Shown here piece after piece: positions 11,401 to 20,560 of a stretch of DNA of 64,000 nt. The notes beneath the pieces are model-generated. The model made no database searches. It had not been told where the DNA came from and saw only the letters and a list, made by a program, of their open reading frames with translations. This DNA comes from Antechinus flavipes (taxonomy: Eukaryota). Position numbers and translations under genes: made by a program. The stretch is taken from NCBI RefSeq assembly GCF_016432865.1, contig NC_067400.1, positions 578,026,001 through 578,090,000 of the forward strand. Direction: 5' to 3'. How positions within the stretch are numbered: position 1 is the stretch's first letter; each line of letters begins with the position of its first letter.

Positions 11401-14400
11401 AATATCTGATCCCTAAAGTCTTTTACAGCTCTGACACCCTGGGTTCTAAGGGCCCTCCTAGCACTGACACCCTGGGTTCTAAGGACCCTCCCACCCCTGA
11501 CATTCTGGGTTCTAGATCCCTCCCAGCTCTGACACTGCTTCGGTTTTCCAACTCCCAGCAGGGTTCTCTAACTGTAGGATCCAGAATCTCAATAACTCAC
11601 ATTTAAATACAATTTTCAATCCATTGTGTCATGTGACACCACTGACACTCCTGTGAGGTTTGCAATACAAACATTATTATGCCCATTTAACAGAGGCACA
11701 AACTGATGCTCCGGTTAATCAACTTGCCGAAGACCCCAGAGGACGTGTCGGCAGGTCCTGGGGCTCCTCTCTCTCCTGGCCAAGACCAAGGGTGTACAAG
11801 GGGCTGGGACAGGCTCACCAGGGGCTCCTCTGGGTGTCGGGCTCGCAGCTCCACCAGCTCCAAGATGGCCAGCTGATCCAGCAGGTCCTCGGGACTGAAG
11901 CTCAGAATGGCGTCACAGATACTCACAATGTTGTCCCCCTGGGAACGTGGGAAGGCGTAGGGGAGACCCGGGGAGGGCAGAGGAGAGAGAGAGATGAGGG
12001 TGGCTGCTCAGCCCCTGCTGGGCCCCCCGCCCCAGCCCCCGCCCAGAGCACTCACGAGCCTCAGGAGCTGGGCTTCCTTCGTTGCCACGGGGGAGTCCTA
12101 AAAGAGACAAGAGAGCCGGTGGGCTCCCAGACCGAACGGGGGGCTCGCCTTTGGACGAGAAGTTTCCTCCCCGTCTCCCCCGGAAGGGTGGCCACGGCCG
12201 GAGGGGCCACTGCCCCCTTAAAGCCAGGTGGGCGCCAAGGCTCAGTTACCGCCGACTCTTCGCTCCAGCCTGGCCACTTTCTTCTTACCTGGGTACCCCA
12301 TCACACAGGATTATCCCCCGTTCTCTGCAGGGGCCCGCCCTAGAGGGCCGTGTCCCGGGGAAGGCCCGGCCCCCTTCTCAGGGGCCACACTGCTCTCACT
12401 CCCCCCCAAGGCCGGACAATTCCCGATTCCCAAATCCAAAGGGGATCCCCAGAGCCAGGCCTTCACAGGGTGGAAGTAAAGCCAGGATAGCAGGGGGGAA
12501 GGGGGAAAAGTCCCAGGACCCCCTGCTGTTCTTCCCTCAATTCATTCTGAGTGCCCGCTTTCACCTCCCAAAGAGGGGGCCGGGAGGGCTACACTCACAG
12601 CTCCCTCCCTTCCCCCCACCAAGCTCCAAGCCCAATCCACCCGTGGCCGAGATCCGAGAAAGTCAAGGTCACGAGGGGCGGGGGTGGGATAGCCGAGTCT
12701 CTGGCGGGGGGGGGCTGGCAAAGACTAGGGGGGCCCCAACTTCCCCCAACTCCAGATCTCTCTTCCAATGCTGGAGTGACCTACAGGCCCGTTCCCCTCC
12801 CCCAGTACCTGAAGCCTCGGGCCTTCCTCCCCTGTCCAGGCTGTCCGGCCCCCACCCAGGGTCCTGTCTGATTCACGGGTTATAAAAAGCATCGCTAGGA
12901 TCCGATTCCCGGCCCCACCCCGAGTGTCAGGCTGGGGGAGGTCACTCACCTCCTGCAGGGCCTGGGCCAGCTCCCTGCACAAATCCCCGACCTCCTGGCA
13001 CGCCGAAAAGTCATTGAGTTGGGAAAAAAGGTACCTGGGAGCCCGGGAAGGGAGAAAGACATTGAGACCCGGGTCGGGGCAAAGCGCGGAAATCCCCGTC
13101 TCCTCACCGGGGCGTCAGGGGCCCAGGGTCTGCCCGAGCCCAGCAGCCTCACAGCCCAAGCCCTTATCCTCCCCAGGAGGGTGTCCCCGGCTCGTAGCAG
13201 AGAGAGGCAAGGGGGCTAGAATCGCAACGGCAGAAATCGAGAGGCCGCTGTTTCAGGACTTGGCTCTGCGATCGATTCGCTGGATAAACTTTGGGTAAGC
13301 CACTTAACTGCCAGAAGCCTCAGTTTTCTGAGCTGCAAAATGGAGCCAATAATCCCTATTCCATCTAGGCCTTCTGAGGATTGCAGGGGATGCAGAACTG
13401 GTAAGAAGTCCAAGTGTTAGCGGCTGGGTGGAGCAGTGGATAGAGCCACTCCCCCCCCCCCCCCCCCCCCCCAGGTAGGAGGACCAGGATTCAAACGTGG
13501 CCTCGGACATTTAAAGAGTAAGTCACTTGACCCAATTGCCTCTCCCCCCACCCCAAAAAGGGAGAAAGAAGAACCCATTAGCCCCATTACCTGTTGAGCC
13601 AGCAGAGAAGGGCCCAAGCTGCTCGGACCAACTCGATGGCTCCCGTGAGTAGGTCTGGGGCAGGTTCCCCACAGGGCCCGAGGCAGCCCGGGACAAGACT
13701 GCAGAATTTGTGGGTCAGGGTCCGCAGCTGCTCTGTTAGTTTCCGGAGATTTTCAGTCTCTAGGCCGGAGCTCTGTGGCCAGGGGAGGAACACAACAGGT
13801 CACTCCCCACCCCAGGACCACATTCCCCTGGGTCCCATCCTCCCAAGGGGAAGAATGGATTGGGAGGGAGGGGCCAAACCCCCAACTCTGCTCTTTCTCT
13901 CGGTGTAACTTTAGGCCGCTAAGCGGCTCAGCGGGGAGAGCCCGGGGTCTGAAGTCAGGAACACCTGACTTCAACTTGCCCCTCAGACACTTCCTGGCTG
14001 TGCGACTGTGGCAAGTCGCCTAAATGGTTTTCCTTAATCTGTGGGAGCAGGAATGGCAAACCACTCCAGGGGACTTTTGCCAAGAAAGCTCCAGGGACGG
14101 TATGGCCCACGGGGTCACAGAGCTGGACACAACTGAACGATGACTAACTCGGGACAAGCCCCTCAACCTCTCTGTGCCTCAGTTTCCTCATCTGTAAAAT
14201 GGGAGGGCTGGCCCCGATAAATTCCAAAGTCCCTTCCAGGTCCAGGTCCACAAATCCGCGGGCCTCTGGCCCAGTGGAACCCCCAGGTTCTAGGCGCGGC
14301 TCCACCATACATTCTCGGCAGCATCTTGGATAAGTCAGTCACTCCCCTGGAAGGAGAAGGGCCTTCCAGGAGATGTGGACTCATTGTGCCCAGCACCTAC

Positions 14401-17400
14401 TCACCAGAGTCCGGAGCTGTTCCACCCCATCTAGGATGAGTTCCTGATGGCCAACGTGCCAGACCCCCAGGGCCTCCAGGCTCCGAGGACAGAGCTGAAG
14501 CAGGTCACTGCCCACTAGGGCCCACTGCTCAAAAGGGTGTTCTTGTACCAGCTCATCCAGGCCTGCAGGATGAGAGAGCCGGCACGGCATGAGTTACCCA
14601 ACCACCTCCCCTGGCCACGGCCGGGCGGGCTGTCCCAGGCGAGCCCTAGACCCCTTCTGAGCTAGGTTTCCTCGTGCTTCCAGACCCCCGAATAGCAGAA
14701 GACCTTCAGGCTCTCTCATCAGTCCTTGGCCCTCAAGCATCCCTGGGAAACCCAACTTTCATGGTGTAGACATAGACCAAAAGACATCCACCACATGGAT
14801 CTGGAAGTGAGGAATCTTCAAATTCTTACTAACTGTGATGCTGGGCAAGTCACTTAGCTTCAGCCTCAGTTTCCTCATTTGTAAAATAGAGGTGATTATA
14901 GTGCCATCTCCCAAATTTATAGTGAGGATCAACGAGATAATTGTCGATCGCTTAGCATGTCACCTGGCACACAATAGGTGCTAAATAAATGTTAGCTATT
15001 ATTATTATTATTATCAGGATCAAATGGGACAACATATATATGGTGCTTTGCAAAATGTTAAGGAAAAAAGAAGTCCTGGATTTAAGACTGTGCAAATTAC
15101 CGATCTGTTCTGGCCCTGGTTTTCCATCTGCAAAGTGAGAAAGCTAGCCTAGCTAAACTTTAAGGGCCCTCCCAGCTCTGATAGCTAAGATCTCTCTAGC
15201 TCTGACTCCCTGGGTTCTAAGGGCCCTCCCAGCTCTGACCTCCTGGGTTCTAAGGGCCCTCCCAGCTCTGACTTTCTAGGTTCTAAGGGCCCTCCCAGCT
15301 CTGACCTCCTGGGTTCTAAGGGCCCTCCCAGCTCTGACATTCCCTGTTCTAAAGGCCTTCCCAGCTCTGACCTCCTGGGTTCTAAGGGCCCTCCTGGCTC
15401 TGACATCCTGGGTTCTAGGGGCCCTTCCGGCTCTGACCGCCTGAGTTCTAAAGGCCCTCCCAGCTCTGACATTCCCTGTTCTAAGGCCTCCTGGCTCTGA
15501 CATCCTGGGTTCTAAGGGCCCTCCTGGCTCTGACCTCCTGGGTTCTAAGGGCCCTCCTGGCTCTGATCTCCTGCCTTCTAAGGGTCCTCCTGCCTCTGAC
15601 ATCCTGGGTTCTAAGGGCCCCCCTGGCTCTGACCTCCTGGGTTCTAAGGGCCCTCCCGGCTCTGACCTCCGGTGTTCCAAGGACCCTCCCATTCACCCTT
15701 CATGCAGCTAGGTCACACTTCGATGCCTGCTTAAAGCTCCTTTATCTGGAAAGTTCTCCCTGTACCATGACCTCTGAAAATTCCTAGTTTCCTTTAAAGT
15801 CAAGCTTGAATGCTCCCTCTAATATGAGTTGTTTCCTGATGTGTTAGGTTCCACCCTTCTCACAGGGGATTACTTTCTATCCCCACCCCCATCAATTTAT
15901 CTTGTATTTTATAAGTACCTACTTGTGGCTATTATTATTATTAATCACTATTATGGCAGTTAAGTGGCCCCAGGGATAGAGCACTGGAAGTGGAGTCAGG
16001 AAGATTCATCAACTGGAGTTCAAATCCAGCCTCAGACATTTACTAGCTGTCCCTAATTTCATTTGCTTCAGCTTCCTCATCTATAAGATGACCTGGAGAA
16101 GAAAACACTCCAGTATCTTTGCCAAGAAAATCCCAAATGCGGTCATGTTAGATATGATTTAAACAGACCATATCGTGGCAGTATTATTTCCCTCCAGAGA
16201 GGCTGGGAGTATTCCATTCTTATCTTTGGGAACTCAGTAGGGGCTTTGTAAATGCATATTAATGGATCACATGAAAGGAACAGGAAGATGCAAAATCACA
16301 GCACTCAAAAGTTTCTCAAAATGTCAATTTGATCCAAAACAATCCCAATAGACTTTGAATAGAAAATGCTATCTGTCTCAGAAAAACAACTACGAGAGAT
16401 TGAATGTAAATTAACACATGCTACGTTCATTTTTTTCTGCTTTGTTTTTCTCTTTTCTTATTTTTCTCTCCCAACATGATTCATAAAGCAACGTAAATTA
16501 AAAATAAATAGTTAAAAAAATTAAGACAGTCTGTTAAGTATCTCTGACCTCCCCTATTAAAAGAGAAATCGGGATAAGACTGACGGTTAAATTTTAGCAT
16601 TCTGACCTTAGCAGAAGCTACAAAGCAGGGCTTACTTTATTGTTTCATTTTTTATTTTAACCTTTATTATGTATTATTTCATTATGTTTATAATCCAGGC
16701 AATAGAGAAAATGCTAATATTAAAATATACTATACAGGACAATACTATTAAAATGTTATATGATTTTTAAAAGTATTATCAAAATGCAACACTGGAGGAA
16801 GGGATTTGGGGGGGGCAAGGTTGTAGATTAGGCCATGATTGGTGGGGAATCCAAGAATCCCAGGGAATAATAATAGCTCCATCACAGAGATGACCCTCCT
16901 CCCCATAAGAAATCTGAGACAAATTATGTAGTAAGAATACCCTCCCCACTTTTGTCCATCTGCTGTTTTTCTGCAGAATCCTGAGGAGGAATAGCATGGA
17001 ACTATTTTTCACATCTCCTCCTTAGTGGGGTTGGGGATCAGGATTCCTGGGTTCTTCACAACAAGGTGAACCTCCTTATATAATCATATACACACATACA
17101 TACATAGGAGTTGAATCAAACTGAGACTTGCTGAAGACCTTAGCTTTAAAAGGGCAAGGTCCATTGTCTCCCAGGGCCATCCATCTCCAGTCCTCCTGAT
17201 CTTGCCACTGGACCCAGATGGCTCTGGAGGGGAAAGTGAGGTAGATGATCTTGCACAGCCCTCCCTCACTTAAATCCAATTCACTCAGATGTCATAATAT
17301 CATGATCCTCTTTGAGAATGAAGGACAAACAACATACATACATACACACACTCTTAATAATCTATTATAAATGGTTCTCCTTGAACTAGGAGTTCCATAT

Positions 17401-17671
17401 TTTCTCCTAACTTGCTTATTGTATAAGTTGCTTTTTCCTTCTGGATCCCAATTTCCTTCTCAGTAATACAAAGATTAGATCAAATCAGGGATTTCTAGCC
17501 GCTTTTTTTAGAGGGGGAAAGAGTTTAGGGGGGAATCATGGACTCTTTTGGGCAAACTGGTGAAGTCTTTGAACCCTTTCTCAGAAAAATGTTTTGTTTT
17601 TTTTAAACATATAAAATAAAAGAGCATGTAAAGGAAACCAGCTGTAGTAAAATATAACTACCAATATGTTT

Positions 17672-17706
<35 letters not shown>

Positions 17707-20235
17707 GGACAGGTGATCTAATCCAAACTCATTTTGCAGATGTGGAAACTGAGGTCCAGGGAGGTTAAGTGACTAACCTTACATACAGTCAAGAGAAGGA
17801 AAAAGCACTTATATAGCACCTACCAACATGCCAGATGACCCTACAAGATACATGCTATTCCCATTTGATAGTTGAAGAAATTGAGGCAAAATGACTTGCT
17901 CTGGGTCATTCAGTAAGGTATGTGAGGCTAAATCTGAATCCACGTCTTTCTGACTCCAGCACTAGTGCTCTATCCACTGAACCACCAGCTTGATGCCTTT
18001 AAGACAGTGAGCATCACTGGTAGGGGGCTTAAATCTCAGTCTTCAGTCTTCTAAGGTAGCAATCTTCCCAGTTTCTACATTCCTTTCTAGCATTATAGAA
18101 TGCTTAGTTTCTCTTAGATCCAGCTCCTCAGTTAGATCCCCATCAGCTTCTTTATCTCCCCACTTGTCTCCTTGGAGCTCTTTTCCCCTTCAATCCCATT
18201 TAACTTCTCTGAGATGTTGCTAGTTAATACCACACACATGAATGGAAAAAGAAATGACTCCAGTCTGTGTGTGACTTTAAGCAAATAAGTTCTTTCCTCT
18301 ATGGTTTACTCTATAAAACTATAGGGTTGGCTTAGGTGACCTATAATTTTCCTTCTAACTCCAAATGTATGACTCTGTGACCACTAAGCCTGCACAAAGG
18401 CTGTTTTTGTGGACCTTCCCAAAACCTGTTCCTGGTTCTCCTCCTCCAGGAAGCCTTTCCTGATTCACCCTAGCTGGTTTCTGTTCTCTACTTCCTCCTC
18501 ACTCTACTCAGCACTGGTTTCTAGAACTTTTTACATTTGGCAAAGTTTTATTTGTTGGGTTTTGTCCTGAGAATATCTTCCAGTTCAAACAGGGGCTCCC
18601 TCAGGACAGGAGCTTCCCTACAGGCCACTGCAGAGCATTTTCATCTAGGGTCCATGAACTTTTTCATTAAAAAAAAAAATGTTTTTATATAATTTCTTTC
18701 CTTTGCAATACTATGTATTTTATCTTATACAGTTAGAACCATGACTGAGAAGGGTTATAGTCTGACTTCAACTGATGAAAGGTCCGTGACAAAAAAAGAT
18801 TAGGGAGCGCTAGAAGCTTTTTCTTTAACCTTAATAATAGCAGCCACTAATAGCTAGTAACATTTTTATAGGGCTTTAAAAGTTTCAAAAGTACTTTCCC
18901 AATATTATCTCATTTTTATCCTCACAATAACCCTGGGAGATAGGTGCTATTATTTATTGCTATCTTACAATTAAGGAAACTGAGGCAGACTTGCTAAGAG
19001 GCCCACAGCTACTATGGGAAGCCAAAATTAAACTCGGGTCTTTTGGAGTCCAGGTGAAGCCCAATAGTGAATGGTATCCAAGATGATATGGGCAAATTGC
19101 CTGCTCTTTTTCCCACAGGCTCTGAGCTAGTTACTACCTTGCTTCTTGAGTCTCTCCACCTGAGAAATGGGTCTAATGATAGCCTCCTCCAGATCCCAGT
19201 GGCCTTTTGAAGATGAAGGAGATATGATTATATCTATTTATTATATTTATTATATAATCTATAATTATAGTTCAGCTTCCTTCAGCAAGCCCCAAGGGCA
19301 TATGGCAAGGAGAGTGGGAAACAGCTAGAATTCTGGGAAGTCTTAATCTAGGAGGCCCTGGGTCATTTAATCGATTAAATCAAAATAGGGAAGATTAAGC
19401 GTGTACCAGTGGGTAAACATCTCTGCCCTCAAGCAGCTTACCTTCCCCCATTCTGAAGGGACCGACCACAAGAACACAGCTGAATCCACATGTACGGATG
19501 AGAATAGCTACAAGGCACATTTCAGGCCGGGATAACAACACTTTCGGGGGATCGGGAAAGGCCTCCCGTAGGAGCTTTGCAGGAAATGAGGCAGAGTGCT
19601 ACCCTCTCAGTGCCTCAGTTACTTCATCTGCACAAACGGTCACAAAAACACCTCCGCTGCCTATCTCACTGGGTGGCTGGGAAGGAAACGCTCTGCAAAC
19701 TTTATATTGCTCTACGGATGAATGATTATTTCAGATGAATGTCTTGCTGTCTTTGTAAGAAGGGAACAGGTGAGGGGTGGGATGGGCCTGCAATCTGAAA
19801 CTGGAAGGACCCCAAGAAGAGGTCATAGCGTCCATCCCCGGCCTCCGAACAGGCTGAGGATGCTCTTTTGCCTTTAACACTCACTTCCCGGAGAGACCCC
19901 CTCTTCCCAGGGAGGGTTGTAGCTCAGAGTCCCGCAACCCACAACTTCAAGGCTTCCCACTTTGGGGACCTTAAAAGGTCGATGTAAAGCAGACACTTTC
20001 CACCAGGGTCAGAGTATATAACTTCCTTATCTAGGTCAGTGTGGACCAGGAACCCCCCCATTCTTTCCCCCCACCCCCACCCCGCCCAGATTCCTGGATT
20101 AGGATCAGGGCAGAGTCCTTCCTCTCTTCTCCCTCCACCCCTCAAAGACCCCACCTCCCAGCCCCGGGCACTCCCTTACCCACCTCTCAGCCACGCCACC
20201 ACCGCCCCAGGACCCCAGGACGCCACCGGCTCCAT
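5167..20235 (-). CDS. CNKSR1: Connector enhancer of kinase suppressor of Ras 1 (SAM-CRIC-PDZ-PH-coiled-coil scaffold), 21 coding exons, 2172 nt / 723 aa (717 aa if the 8727 acceptor is used)
   Basis: Hand-assembled join (complement): 20184-20235, 14405-14562, 13591-13772, 12950-13034, 12056-12097, 11819-11938, 10997-11056, 10732-10800, 10212-10313, 10069-10133, 9899-9975, 8603-8745, 8145-8181, 7487-7659, 6878-6951, 6593-6664, 6279-6352, 6035-6096, 5863-5962, 5530-5714, 5167-5406. All introns are GT-AG with consistent phases. Peptides match recalled human CNK1, e.g. MEPV..W, DCDGWLLLRKAPGGFMGPRWRR, DEKAEGLINVSNYSLESG, CYSETEAEDPD and terminal RPPDL*. Confidence 0.95.
5530..5714 (-). CDS. CNKSR1: CNKSR1 coding exon 20
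   Basis: DSSSDGALEHLVRGLLQGGVSLLG...DPQLNERAHHVRCLQSTLK; cag|...|gtcagc; 185 nt. Confidence 0.95.
5863..5962 (-). CDS. CNKSR1: CNKSR1 coding exon 19
   Basis: PSPGGVWSSPHGEASPSATPPQGSPQVAHSPLT-D; ctctcag|...|gtatcc; 100 nt. Confidence 0.9.
6035..6096 (-). CDS. CNKSR1: CNKSR1 coding exon 18
   Basis: DCYSETEAEDPDEEAGSRPAS; cag|...|gtgagt; 62 nt. Confidence 0.95.
6279..6352 (-). CDS. CNKSR1: CNKSR1 coding exon 17
   Basis: MWVSRLVTCISKYQSHSRGPAPREE-D; cag|...|gtgagg; 74 nt. Confidence 0.95.
6593..6664 (-). CDS. CNKSR1: CNKSR1 coding exon 16 (PH)
   Basis: YVFQLTHNLYKPFIFAAETLADLS-M; cag|...|gtgagg; 72 nt. Confidence 0.96.
6878..6951 (-). CDS. CNKSR1: CNKSR1 coding exon 15 (PH)
   Basis: DEKAEGLINVSNYSLESGRDQKKK-Y; cag|...|gtgagt; 74 nt. 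Confidence 0.96.
7121..7395. repeat. Tandem duplication (about 2 x 135 bp) of GA/GC-rich subunits, CNKSR1 intron 14
   Basis: Two near-identical copies of ...gaggagggcagggaacgc(g/a)cctcccagagggcagaggggcagggcaggggcgggcagaaggacagacag... Confidence 0.85.
7487..7659 (-). CDS. CNKSR1: CNKSR1 coding exon 14 (PH domain)
   Basis: GVATRLSRRRVSCRQLGQPDCDGWLLLRKAPGGFMGPRWRRCWMVLKGHTLYWYRQPQ; 173 nt. Confidence 0.97.
7775..7945 (-). mobile_element. Marsupial CORE-SINE (Mar1-type)
   Basis: Reverse complement of ggagaaggaaatggcaaacc...ccagtaaccctgccaagg tail plus CORE cagtttccccatctg. Confidence 0.65.
8145..8181 (-). CDS. CNKSR1: CNKSR1 coding exon 13
   Basis: GPSCSPKKSKAK-G; gcccccag|...|gtacct; 37 nt; corresponds to human SPVGRKKSK-G. 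Confidence 0.8.
8603..8745 (-). CDS. CNKSR1: CNKSR1 coding exon 12 (5' boundary 8745 or 8727)
   Basis: ...DCGTSWGSDEARRSPSAPDPPPAAQPVMGEIAGHGSPEPPDK|gtaggc; two in-frame phase-1 acceptors (cctag| at 8745, ttcag| at 8727). Confidence 0.75.
9057..9658 (+). repeat. 33-bp minisatellite array A (about 18 units), CNKSR1 intron 11
   Basis: Unit TCAGAGCTGGGAGGGCCCTTAGAACCCRGGAKG; translates as the SELGGPLEPGR repeat in the ORF track. Confidence 0.97.
9899..9975 (-). CDS. CNKSR1: CNKSR1 coding exon 11
   Basis: RASEENGSTFAFDQSPEPRVPSSSEA-G; ctacag|...|gtaatg; 77 nt. Confidence 0.87.
10069..10133 (-). CDS. CNKSR1: CNKSR1 coding exon 10
   Basis: SPLEPITSSRNQSAASAPPSPR; cctcag|...|gtaacg; 65 nt; phase fits neighbours. 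Confidence 0.85.
10212..10313 (-). CDS. CNKSR1: CNKSR1 coding exon 9 (PDZ end)
   Basis: VGWPRASLDRLLLQDPALLRLMLKTVPVPKSAPQ; unusual GAG| acceptor; donor gtgggt; 102 nt. Confidence 0.85.
10732..10800 (-). CDS. CNKSR1: CNKSR1 coding exon 8 (PDZ)
   Basis: SPADGCSQILLGDEIVQVNGQVV; cag|...|gtgagt; 69 nt. Confidence 0.93.
10997..11056 (-). CDS. CNKSR1: CNKSR1 coding exon 7 (PDZ)
   Basis: GLEILSTSSCHHFVSGTAPE; cag|...|gtaaga; 60 nt. Confidence 0.93.
11221..11535. repeat. Short copies of the 33-bp unit in both orientations, CNKSR1 intron 6
   Basis: A-orientation copy at 11221-11260; about 3 degenerate B-orientation units at 11425-11535 after a MIR-like fragment. Confidence 0.9.
11819..11938 (-). 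CDS. CNKSR1: CNKSR1 coding exon 6
   Basis: GDNIVSICDAILSFSPEDLLDQLAILELVELRARHPEEPL; cag|...|gtgagc; 120 nt. Confidence 0.9.
12056..12097 (-). CDS. CNKSR1: CNKSR1 coding exon 5
   Basis: DSPVATKEAQLLRL; ttttag|...|gtgagt; 42 nt. Confidence 0.88.
12950..13034 (-). CDS. CNKSR1: CNKSR1 coding exon 4
   Basis: RYLFSQLNDFSACQEVGDLCRELAQALQE; cag|...|gtgagt; 85 nt. Confidence 0.95.
13591..13772 (-). CDS. CNKSR1: CNKSR1 coding exon 3 (CRIC domain)
   Basis: SSGLETENLRKLTEQL...AIELVRAAWALLCWLNR; cag|...|gtaatg; 182 nt. Confidence 0.95.
13940..14150 (+). mobile_element. Marsupial CORE-SINE (Mar1-type)
   Basis: tRNA-like head, then gaatggcaaaccactccag...ttgccaagaaa...ggacacaactgaac tail. Confidence 0.7.
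14405..14562 (-). CDS. CNKSR1: CNKSR1 coding exon 2 (SAM domain)
   Basis: GLDELVQEHPFEQWALVGSDLLQLCPRSLEALGVWHVGHQELILDGVEQLRTL; cag|...|gtgagt; 158 nt. Confidence 0.95.
15161..15690 (-). repeat. 33-bp minisatellite array B (about 16 units), inverted relative to A, CNKSR1 intron 1
   Basis: Unit CTCTGACCTCCTGGGTTCTAAGGGCCCTCCCAG is the reverse complement of the A unit; starts at the 3' end of a MIR-like fragment. Confidence 0.97.
15955..16170 (+). mobile_element. Marsupial CORE-SINE (Mar1-type)
   Basis: ggagtcaggaagattc...ttcaaatccagcctcagac head, CORE, and ctccagtatctttgccaagaaaatcccaaat tail. Confidence 0.7.
17484..17665 (-). mobile_element. hAT-Charlie (Charlie4z-like) MITE remnant
   Basis: catggactc...tggtgaagtc...ttctcagaa..aatgttt core, shared with copies at about 2680-2950, 18640-18812, 45465-45660 and 49668-49860. 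Confidence 0.55.
17673..17703. repeat. (AC)n microsatellite
   Basis: Directly visible. Confidence 0.95.
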
Positions 20236-20560
20236 TGCGAATCCCGGACTGTCCAGCTCAGAAAATTTCCGGCCCAGAAAGCCAGCGTCCTACCCAGGGT
20301 TAGGGGCGGGCGGGGCTGAGCGAGGGGCGGGTCTGAGTAAGGGGCGGGGCAAGCCACATACCTGAGCCCACGTGGCCGGGCCAGGTGAACATCCCTGCAC
20401 ACCTATTGGTCCGGCCGCCCGCTCTTCAGCCCGAAGAGCCGCCCCTTACTCAGCCCCACCCCACTCCCAACTCTAGCCTCGGGGGGCGGACGCGGTGGCG
20501 TCCAACTGATCTCGCGCTTGCGGAGCCTTTGGACTCCGGACCCCTCCGCTCCGTATTTGC
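20150..20560 (-). promoter_or_regulatory. CNKSR1 CpG-rich promoter
   Basis: High CpG density; repeated GGGGCGG GC boxes at about 20302-20350; CCAAT on - strand (attgg, about 20405); surrounds coding exon 1. Confidence 0.75.
20184..20235 (-). CDS. CNKSR1: CNKSR1 coding exon 1
   Basis: MEPVASWGPGAVVAWLR-G; ATG in context gcaATGg; donor GTGGGT; 52 nt. Confidence 0.92.

Noticed and set aside
11660-12885. Long + strand ORFs (227 and 267 aa) antisense to CNKSR1
   Set aside because: GC-rich, stop-poor sequence; no recognisable domain or independent gene structure.
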